From positions 807,329-839,328 of the forward strand of contig CAZKBG010000001.1 of NCBI GenBank assembly GCA_964551375.1: a DNA stretch of 32,000 nt. Direction: 5' to 3'. The notes under the pieces were generated by a model, which had not been told where the DNA came from, made no database searches, and was given only the letters and a program-made list of their open reading frames with translations. Position 1 is the first letter of the stretch. Each line of letters opens with the position of its first letter. Shown here one piece after another: positions 1 to 7,733 of the stretch. Made by a program: the position numbers and the translations under genes. The DNA is from an uncultured archaeon. Lineage in GTDB: Archaea; Iainarchaeota; Iainarchaeia; Iainarchaeales; JAAZKV01.

Positions 1-372
1 GAGCTTTTTACAAACTACGGGCTTGCGCCTGGATTATTGTTTGGAAAAACACAGATAATTGAATGGCTTTCCTATGCAACAATTGAACTTTCAAAAGTAA
101 TGGGACTTGAAAAACACTTAATTAATTCCCAAAAACTGGGAAGAAGAGCAAAGTACGGCGTTAAAGAAGAACTTTTGATGCTTGTTGAGCTGAAGGGAAT
201 TGGAAGAGTTAGAGCAAGAAAATTATTTTCTGCTGGAATAAAGAAGCCAAGCGAAGCAAAGGCTAATATTGCCAAAGTTGAAGCAATTTTAGGCAAAAAA
301 GTGGCTGATTCAATCAAAGCCCAGCTTAAATTTGAAGCCGAAGGCGCAAAAACCTCCCAAAATACGCTTTAA
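1..372 (+). CDS. hel308: Ski2-like/Hel308-type helicase, C-terminal fragment (5' end lies outside the window)
   Basis: Frame 1 is open from base 1 to the TAA at 370-372. The M at 37 in the ORF track is a TTG inside a longer frame. The helix-hairpin-helix tail EELLMLVELKGIGRVRARKLFSAGIKK is typical of the last domain of archaeal Hel308/Hjm helicases. Confidence 0.65.
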   Translation, partial: ELFTNYGLAPGLLFGKTQIIEWLSYATIELSKVMGLEKHLINSQKLGRRAKYGVKEELLMLVELKGIGRVRARKLFSAGIKKPSEAKANIAKVEAILGKKVADSIKAQLKFEAEGAKTSQNTL

Positions 373-378
373 TTTTTT
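373..378 (+). terminator. Oligo-T run directly after the helicase stop codon (archaeal-type terminator signal)
   Basis: TAA at 370-372 is followed immediately by TTTTTT. Archaeal RNA polymerase terminates at oligo-T tracts. Confidence 0.4.
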
Positions 379-515
379 CAACTAACTCAGCTCGCTTAAC
401 TTAACTTGCAAAAAGCCAAAAACAGCCAAGGCAGGAAGCAAATTTTGGTTTAAAGTAAGCTTTATTAAGAACAATTCACTTATTTTTCCAACAAGCTAGG
501 GCAATTTGTGGTTGG

Positions 516-3500
516 ATGGATTTATCTGCAATAACAGAACCTTTCAAGAATTTCTATTACAAACTTGAAGACAAATGGTACGACTTTCTTGACTATTTGA
601 GCAACTATGTTCCAGTATACAAAGTAATTGACCCAATTGACAGCGTAGTGCCAAGCTTTGTAGTATTTTTGCTCGTTATATTATTTTTGATAGTGCTTGG
701 AGCATACTTGATGCAGTTTGGCTCAAATTATGAAATTGAATTCCACACAGTTGATTCAAAAACAAGCGCTGATTTAAGCGATGTTACAATTTACGGCGAA
801 ATAAACGCGGCTAATTTTGACGAAGTCACTGATGCTGAAGGAATGGCAATAGTCCGTCTTGACAGCGGAAGCAAGAACCTCTTTGACCAGATAGGTGAAA
901 TGATTTTCGGGGCAGAACCAGTCGAGTTTTATGCAATTGTTTCAGCGGAAAAAGCAGGATACAACAGCATTGCAGATAAAGAAGTTGACATTTCCACAAA
1001 AAGAGCAACAATCTCAATGGTGAAAAAAGATAGCACAGGCCCAAATGACCCAATACATCTTGAAGACGATTATCCAAACAGCACAAGAGTGACTTTAGTT
1101 GATTCGCTTACTGATGATCCAATAGTTGATAATACCGGAAGCGCATATGTAAGATTTAACTGCGCGAACAAAGCAACAGGCGCAAAAACCGCAAAAGATA
1201 TTGATGACGGCGACCTTGACGGAGTATTTTTGCTTAATTCAGAAAAATGCCAGTTTGTGGTAACAAATGCTTACACTACTGGATACGAGTCTCCAACAAA
1301 CCTTCCAAGAACTCTTCCTACTGCAATAAGCGAGCACAAAATCTCGATGTCAAAAATAAGATCGGCTCCAGGCGGAACAATAAAAGTATATGCTTATGAA
1401 AAAAATTCAAGCCCTGAAAAACCAATCCCAAGAGTTCAGGTAACTTTACTTGACAAATACAATATCAATGCAGGAAGAAAATTGACTGACAACAGCGGAG
1501 TTGCGGTATTTACTGACATTGATTCTGGAACTTACACAATAATTGCGGCAAGCCCCGACAGCAACTATGCATCAATACGCGTTGATGAAAATGTTTCAAT
1601 CACAGCAGTTGCAGGCGCTACAAGAGAAAAGAAAGTATACCTTGAAAGAATTGACCCAACTTTAGTAAGATTTGTTAAAGTACAGCTAAAGGACTCAAAC
1701 ACTTTAAGCATAATAAGAGACGCAAAAGCATTTGTTCAGGAAATAAGAAGATCAGGAAGCACATACTCGCTTGCCCCTCTTGCAGGATGCTTAAATGAAT
1801 GCATAAGCGACTCAAACGGAATAATAAAAGTAACAGGATTAATGAACGACGACGCAAACAAAGTTTTAATGATTGTGAATAAACCAGGGTATGTGATAAA
1901 AATATTCAAACCAATTCTGGTAAAATCAATCGACCCTCCGACAGTAGAATATCTTGAAGAAATTAACTCAACAAATTCAGGACAGGCAAGAGTGACAGTG
2001 AAAAGCTCTTCAAATAACGCTTTAATCGCAGGGGCAAAATCATTTTTGTATGTAAATCTTCTGGACCCAAGAGTTCAAAGAGTGCAGATTTTTGAAGACG
2101 GAATTTTGACTAATTCCGAAGGAATATCCATTTTCAACGGACTTCCAATAGGCGCTGATAAAAACTATGTTGCGAGAGCCACATATGACACGCTTGACTC
2201 AGGATACTCTGCAGGAAAGCAGATTTACGCAGGACAGACAACTGATTTTAATTTATCAATCGCGCTTGACGCTGCATTCATAAGGGTTCTACTGCTTGAC
2301 GCAAACACAAGACAAGTGATACCAACAAGAGCGGACGCAAACGTTGTTTTGTTTCCTGCAAACCGCCCAATGGATGTGCTTCATTATGATTCACAAACAA
2401 CAAGATTCATCAGCGCAATGTATCCAAGAGCAATAAGCTTTGTAGTTGCCGCTGATTTGAATAATTACGCGGGAGCAGTGCTTGAAATCCCCGCAGGAAA
2501 CTTGTCAAACGGAATAAATGACTTTAATGTAAGACTTTACCCGCTAAGCATGCTTGACAAAAATGTAAATATTTTCTTCAACGGATTTTACAGAAACAAT
2601 TACGAACTAATAAGGGGGATAAAAGCAAATTCAATTGAAACCACAAACCAGCATGATGACGGAACTTTCGGATATTATGAACAGATAGATGTTGTCGCAG
2701 GAAAAGATTTGAATTATTCAGATTTGTTTGGGGCGATAAGATTTAGCGACGCAATGAAAATAGTTGGAATTCCATTTAAAACAGGAATAAATTATCTTGA
2801 ATCAGGGTATTATTTATGCAGTCCTCCGATACAAAACCCGGTTAATTCTGATGAATTTTACATACAAACCGACTCAAACTGCCAGCGAAACGAGACAAAT
2901 CCAAACGGGGCAATGGCTGGAATACACTGGCAGCAGGGAATTTCGGCTCAAAGAGGATTAAAGAAAACAGTTTACACAATGGCTGTTAAAACAATTTTTG
3001 GAGATGTTAACGAAGGCACAATATTAAACCTAAAAGGATTTGGAAAAGAAAAACACAACACGCTTTCTTCAGAAGACAGATTTGACATAAGCTACCAATT
3101 AGGAACTCCAATAGGTCCAACAGACAACAATGCTGCAATTTCAATAATTGCTACCATGAACAGCGGGGCAATTACAAGAGATCCTGAAGGATTTATATAT
3201 AATCCAGCAAAAAAAACTTATCTTGAAGTTTCCCCAACTCAAACAAAAATAACCGCTTATCAAAGAAATAATCTTGGGATAAAAGTCAGAAATGACTCAA
3301 ATGTTCCAATTACAAACATAAAACTTTATGTTTACACATACAGCGGAATTATGGAAGAGTTTAATTACGTTCCAAGCGGAGCAATAAGGCTTGATAATGA
3401 AACAACAGGACTAAGGTCAAGATACGTTGCCACAATTTTAAATTTAAACAAAAACGCAATTTCCTCGCCGCAAACAGTTCCATTGTATTCATTAACTCCA

Positions 3501-5990
3501 AATTCAACAACAAAAGTAATCATAGTCGCAGCAGTTGAGGATAAAAATTATTTATTTGTTGCAGACACAAAAACAGTAGCGCTGAATTTGGTTCTTTCAG
3601 GCGCAAGATTCATGGCTGATGTTCAGGACCAGAACTTTGACGCAGAAGTATTCGCAGGAAACGGCAGAACTCCAGTTGCGCTTGAATCAGTTGACTTAAA
3701 AGCAGTGAGAAACTGCTCTAATACGCAAAACAGAGTTGTTGATTACAATAACTTACTTGCAGATATTGACCCAGTTAGGACAAATTACTTTGAAAGAACA
3801 ATACCTGGAATTTACAGAAAAGACGCTGACTGCCTTGTAGTGCACGTAGTTGCAGAAAGCCCTGATTATGATGATTTGACAAAAACAATATATGCTGGAT
3901 ATTCAGTTCTTCAGGACTTGACATTATCATGCGTTGACGCTTCATTCCCCGACGCATTTGGAGACAGCGACCTTGAAGAAATGACTGCTGAATGGGACAG
4001 CGAATTTGATGTAAGAGTAATAAACACCTGCGCAGGACCAATGCAGATAAGCGTTGAATCAGGATTAAACCAAGTATCAAATACATGCAATAATCTTGCC
4101 TCGCTTGCAGAATGCAACGTTAGATTAAAAGCGAGGAATAAATCATACAGCCCTACGGTAAAATACAGCGATATTTTGGGAGTTTTCCCTATTTACATTA
4201 AAGCGCGCGACGCGCAGACATCCAAAAAACTTGCGCTTGCGGATAAATTAAAAATTCACATCTCAAATTCTGCAGAATGCTTCCAAATAATACAAAAAGA
4301 TATTTACGAAGCAAATCCCCAGCCGTTTAAAGGAAGCATGATAATTAACAACAACTGCCAGAACACGCTTGTGGACGATTATTATGTTCCAAAAGAAGTG
4401 CTAAGCCTTGCGGGTGCGGATGTTAACACATTTGCTCCAAAATACCAGTCAGTTGATTTCAATTATGATTTAATAGTAAGGGGCGGAGGATACGATTACG
4501 GCACAACTCCAGTAACACGAATTGCAAATGTATTCTTCCCAGAACAGGGAGTAAATGGAAAACCAGTAATCGGAACAGGACCAAACGGCTACAATAAATA
4601 CGGACAGTTCAGATTCTCAATACCTAATTACAGCGGACAAACTGACTTGTTTTATTTCAGATGGTCGGATAGAAATGACGGCTCGAACAGATACGGCGCA
4701 GTGCTTGACAATACTATTACAGTAAATTATAGAGACGGAACACATCAGACTGTTCAAACAAATGTAGCGACTTTTGATATTAACACTCTTCCAATCGCAT
4801 GCAAATGCTACGGAACAAGATACAGCGGAGCTTCATGCTCTCAGGCAGTTCACACTGATGTAATATTTGGAAACGGAACATTTTCAGGAGAACACTGCAT
4901 GCTAATTTCAAACGATTTAGTAGTCGGTGTGCCTGATGGAGAAGGAATTGGTGGATTAATGTATGTCTACGTTCCAAGAGGAAATGTTGAATCATTTGAT
5001 TTTAATATTTACGGAAACCCAAATGCAACAAACTTGCGAATAAAGGGATACTCTTGGATAAGGTATACTGAAAATTTAACGACTATTACTCCAAACGGAA
5101 GCTCAAGCGCAGCTGTATTAAACAGCGGGGGATTCAGAATATATCCAGTTGAAGGATACACTTACATACTCAAAAACCTTGCAGACACTTCACTAAGCAA
5201 ACAGCTTGAAGAAAGAATACAACTCTGCAAAAAAGTTCAATCAGCAGACGCATGGTATTTCTTAGACCAGCTGTATTGGACAAAAAGATCAATAATGAAC
5301 TTTGATGAAGCAAAAGCATTCTGCTCGACTTCAGCAGGAGCAGGCATTGATTTGACAGGAACAACTCCAAGACTTGCAACCTCGGCTGATGTGAGCGCGC
5401 CAAGAAACCAATTCATAAGCGGCGATCCAAAACTATTATGGAACGCAAGCGACGGACAGGGCGGATGGGTAAACGGCGAAGGGGTAAAAGGATTTTGGCT
5501 TGACAACTGCCAAGGCGAATGGTGCTTCCCGTTAAGAAAACTTGACACAGCATATGCATACGTTGACAATAATGTTCATGCCGACATTGCAGAATATGTT
5601 CCTTTATGCACAGTAGAACTTGACAACACCCGCGAAGTTACATCAGCAATGTGCACAGCTCTTGGAATAACCTGCAACAAAGCATCAGGACAATGCGTAT
5701 TCCCAGATCCATCATCATTCACTTCATTTAACAGCAACGCTTACTTAAAAACTCCAAATCCTTTGGTTGAAGTTGTTATAAAATCAGTTCGCGCAAACGG
5801 AAGAGCGCTTGATCCTTCAACAGTAGTTGTGTGGCTTGAAGGAGGATTATTAAAAGCAAGATTTATCGGAGAGAATTACTCGCCATATGACGACCAGACA
5901 ATTGAATCGGATATTATTGCAAAAGATGTAAAGGGCGACCAGTACGGAACATTAACTGTTATAGATTATGTAAATAATCCGGAGGATTAG
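516..5990 (+). CDS. Giant (1824 aa) signal-anchored envelope protein with carboxypeptidase-regulatory-like beta-sandwich repeats and a Cys-bearing C-terminal half
   Basis: Uninterrupted 5475-nt ORF whose ATG is preceded by GTGG. The first ~46 aa have no signal peptide and are followed by one hydrophobic span, SFVVFLLVILFLIVLGAYLM (nt 654-713). Residues ~72-650 hold repeated modules with signatures such as TDAEGMAIVRL, TDNSGVAVFTDIDSGTYTI, SDSNGIIKVTGL and TNSEGISIFNGLP. I recognised no enzyme motif. Confidence 0.85.
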   Translation: MDLSAITEPFKNFYYKLEDKWYDFLDYLSNYVPVYKVIDPIDSVVPSFVVFLLVILFLIVLGAYLMQFGSNYEIEFHTVDSKTSADLSDVTIYGEINAANFDEVTDAEGMAIVRLDSGSKNLFDQIGEMIFGAEPVEFYAIVSAEKAGYNSIADKEVDISTKRATISMVKKDSTGPNDPIHLEDDYPNSTRVTLVDSLTDDPIVDNTGSAYVRFNCANKATGAKTAKDIDDGDLDGVFLLNSEKCQFVVTNAYTTGYESPTNLPRTLPTAISEHKISMSKIRSAPGGTIKVYAYEKNSSPEKPIPRVQVTLLDKYNINAGRKLTDNSGVAVFTDIDSGTYTIIAASPDSNYASIRVDENVSITAVAGATREKKVYLERIDPTLVRFVKVQLKDSNTLSIIRDAKAFVQEIRRSGSTYSLAPLAGCLNECISDSNGIIKVTGLMNDDANKVLMIVNKPGYVIKIFKPILVKSIDPPTVEYLEEINSTNSGQARVTVKSSSNNALIAGAKSFLYVNLLDPRVQRVQIFEDGILTNSEGISIFNGLPIGADKNYVARATYDTLDSGYSAGKQIYAGQTTDFNLSIALDAAFIRVLLLDANTRQVIPTRADANVVLFPANRPMDVLHYDSQTTRFISAMYPRAISFVVAADLNNYAGAVLEIPAGNLSNGINDFNVRLYPLSMLDKNVNIFFNGFYRNNYELIRGIKANSIETTNQHDDGTFGYYEQIDVVAGKDLNYSDLFGAIRFSDAMKIVGIPFKTGINYLESGYYLCSPPIQNPVNSDEFYIQTDSNCQRNETNPNGAMAGIHWQQGISAQRGLKKTVYTMAVKTIFGDVNEGTILNLKGFGKEKHNTLSSEDRFDISYQLGTPIGPTDNNAAISIIATMNSGAITRDPEGFIYNPAKKTYLEVSPTQTKITAYQRNNLGIKVRNDSNVPITNIKLYVYTYSGIMEEFNYVPSGAIRLDNETTGLRSRYVATILNLNKNAISSPQTVPLYSLTPNSTTKVIIVAAVEDKNYLFVADTKTVALNLVLSGARFMADVQDQNFDAEVFAGNGRTPVALESVDLKAVRNCSNTQNRVVDYNNLLADIDPVRTNYFERTIPGIYRKDADCLVVHVVAESPDYDDLTKTIYAGYSVLQDLTLSCVDASFPDAFGDSDLEEMTAEWDSEFDVRVINTCAGPMQISVESGLNQVSNTCNNLASLAECNVRLKARNKSYSPTVKYSDILGVFPIYIKARDAQTSKKLALADKLKIHISNSAECFQIIQKDIYEANPQPFKGSMIINNNCQNTLVDDYYVPKEVLSLAGADVNTFAPKYQSVDFNYDLIVRGGGYDYGTTPVTRIANVFFPEQGVNGKPVIGTGPNGYNKYGQFRFSIPNYSGQTDLFYFRWSDRNDGSNRYGAVLDNTITVNYRDGTHQTVQTNVATFDINTLPIACKCYGTRYSGASCSQAVHTDVIFGNGTFSGEHCMLISNDLVVGVPDGEGIGGLMYVYVPRGNVESFDFNIYGNPNATNLRIKGYSWIRYTENLTTITPNGSSSAAVLNSGGFRIYPVEGYTYILKNLADTSLSKQLEERIQLCKKVQSADAWYFLDQLYWTKRSIMNFDEAKAFCSTSAGAGIDLTGTTPRLATSADVSAPRNQFISGDPKLLWNASDGQGGWVNGEGVKGFWLDNCQGEWCFPLRKLDTAYAYVDNNVHADIAEYVPLCTVELDNTREVTSAMCTALGITCNKASGQCVFPDPSSFTSFNSNAYLKTPNPLVEVVIKSVRANGRALDPSTVVVWLEGGLLKARFIGENYSPYDDQTIESDIIAKDVKGDQYGTLTVIDYVNNPED

Positions 5991-6056
5991 AAATTTGAGA
6001 TTATTAAGTGATTTTTACTAAAGCAATTAATTAAAAGTAAAAATGTGGTTGTAATT

Positions 6057-7733
6057 ATGATGAAAAAAATAATAGTGCTGCTGTTTTTAGTAATGGCAGT
6101 ATCCTTGGCATTTTCTGCAGAAATTCCCGCAAGCGAAGTAGCGTGGAATGCTGGGCTTATATTAAAACTTGACAAACAAACATTTGCCCAAAACGAGCCA
6201 ATCACAGGCGAAATAACTATTGAAAACCGCGAAAATGCTCCTTTAGTAGGCGCAAAAGTTGTTTTGCAAATAGTTCAAGGAGAATATTTTTACCCTTCGC
6301 AGTACAATAATGCAGAAATTATACTTCACGAACAAGTAATTGATTTTAACTGGATGGTGCAGGGAAACAAAAAAACAATGAAATTCACAATGCCTGCCCA
6401 AAAATCAGGGGATTATAGAGTAGATGCATATGCATGGGCAGTTAAATCAAAAATGATTGGAGCAAGCAATATTTTATTAAATCCAATTTCATCAGTCTTT
6501 AGCATTCCTGGAGAAAAATATAAACGCCCGACAATATTTAGAGAAATTACTGTGTTCAACGGAACTGTTGGTCCTGTCGGATTTCCTGTTAAATCCCAAA
6601 CAGCAATAACAGGAGATGTTGTTCTTTCTGGGCTTTCAAATTTAGGATTTTCAAACCTTAAAGTCGGCGCAGTAATATGCGAATGGGCTACAGCTTTTTG
6701 CGACACTCAAAATGAAGTAAAAGCAGATTTTGGAGCTCCTGACTTAGGCGGCACAGCATACGCAAGATTAAATCTCACAGCTCCAAAAATTCCTTCAGCA
6801 TACGAAATACTATTCAAAGTATATTCAGGGGATGAAGTAATAGGAATGTACAAAAATAGGGCAATTGTAAGCGGACCAACTTCAAAAGCAAGAAAAATCC
6901 TAATAGAAGGGCTTGACAAAAGAAGCTACTCAATAAAGACTTATTTAGTAGGGACTCCAGACCACTTCGCAATGGAAAGCTTCACTGATTTTGACTTGAA
7001 AGTAAATGCTTACAAAGACGGAAACACAGTATTTTCAAAAACCGAAAGAATTCCTGTAATAAATTACGCTGATATATTCACAAAAACATATCCTGTCGGG
7101 AGAATATTCTTTGACAGTGTCTGCGTTACTGTTGAAAAAGACTCAACAGTGTTTGACAAAGAATGCTTTGACGCTCCGATGAAAGAAATACAGGCTGAAT
7201 ATGATTCGCTTTATCCAACCCCAGTAAGCGTTGAATGGAAATATTATCCGGAAAACGACGCGCTTGAAATAATGCTTGCAAAAGACGTGATTAACTCAAA
7301 AATAAGATTATTCTCAACCGACCAGATGTATATTGAAGAAATGGTGAATGAAACAGGATTTTACACAAAGACAATAACCGCTCCAAAAGAAAATATGACG
7401 CTTGCAGTTGATGATATTGACGCAAAACAACAGCAGGTATTCCAAATAAATTTAGGCCCTGCGGGAGACGAATTTGGAAACACTATTGTTGAAACCGGCG
7501 TAAAGCCAATCAGCGAATGCAAAGGACAAATCTGCTCAACAGGACTTGTGTGCAAATCGCAGCCAATTGCTTCAATAGAAGGCGAATGCTGCATGACTCA
7601 ATGCATAAGCGCAGGCGAAGTAACTCCTGAAGAAGGAAAAGAAATAATTCCATTAATAGTTCTAATTGCAATAATACTTGCAATAATTGCATTATTTGTT
7701 TTATACAAAGCGGCAAAGGTGGCGAGAAAATGA
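6057..7733 (+). CDS. Secreted envelope protein with a C-terminal Cys-rich stalk and membrane anchor (~558 aa)
   Basis: ATG ATG lies at 6057/6060, and the GTG at 6045 in the track is an alternative start. Sec-type signal peptide MMKKIIVLLFLVMAVSLAFSA. The C-terminus reads CKGQICSTGLVCKSQPIASIEGECCMTQC, then PEEG, a long hydrophobic span and the basic tail KAAKVARK. The stop codon overlaps the next gene's ATG. Confidence 0.85.
   Translation: MMKKIIVLLFLVMAVSLAFSAEIPASEVAWNAGLILKLDKQTFAQNEPITGEITIENRENAPLVGAKVVLQIVQGEYFYPSQYNNAEIILHEQVIDFNWMVQGNKKTMKFTMPAQKSGDYRVDAYAWAVKSKMIGASNILLNPISSVFSIPGEKYKRPTIFREITVFNGTVGPVGFPVKSQTAITGDVVLSGLSNLGFSNLKVGAVICEWATAFCDTQNEVKADFGAPDLGGTAYARLNLTAPKIPSAYEILFKVYSGDEVIGMYKNRAIVSGPTSKARKILIEGLDKRSYSIKTYLVGTPDHFAMESFTDFDLKVNAYKDGNTVFSKTERIPVINYADIFTKTYPVGRIFFDSVCVTVEKDSTVFDKECFDAPMKEIQAEYDSLYPTPVSVEWKYYPENDALEIMLAKDVINSKIRLFSTDQMYIEEMVNETGFYTKTITAPKENMTLAVDDIDAKQQQVFQINLGPAGDEFGNTIVETGVKPISECKGQICSTGLVCKSQPIASIEGECCMTQCISAGEVTPEEGKEIIPLIVLIAIILAIIALFVLYKAAKVARK

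Noticed and set aside
500-515. Shared TGTGGTTG octamer upstream of the first two envelope genes (also at 6044-6051), considered as a possible regulatory motif
   Set aside because: It sits 0-8 nt from the start codons and contains GTGG, so it is better explained as a Shine-Dalgarno variant. carS has a similar GTGGTTTTG.
5226-5540. Possibility that the lectin-like segment is the variable region of a diversity-generating retroelement, as described for some reduced-genome archaea
   Set aside because: The window contains no reverse transcriptase gene. I could find no second near-identical copy (template repeat) of this segment. The segment is also not at the extreme C-terminus.
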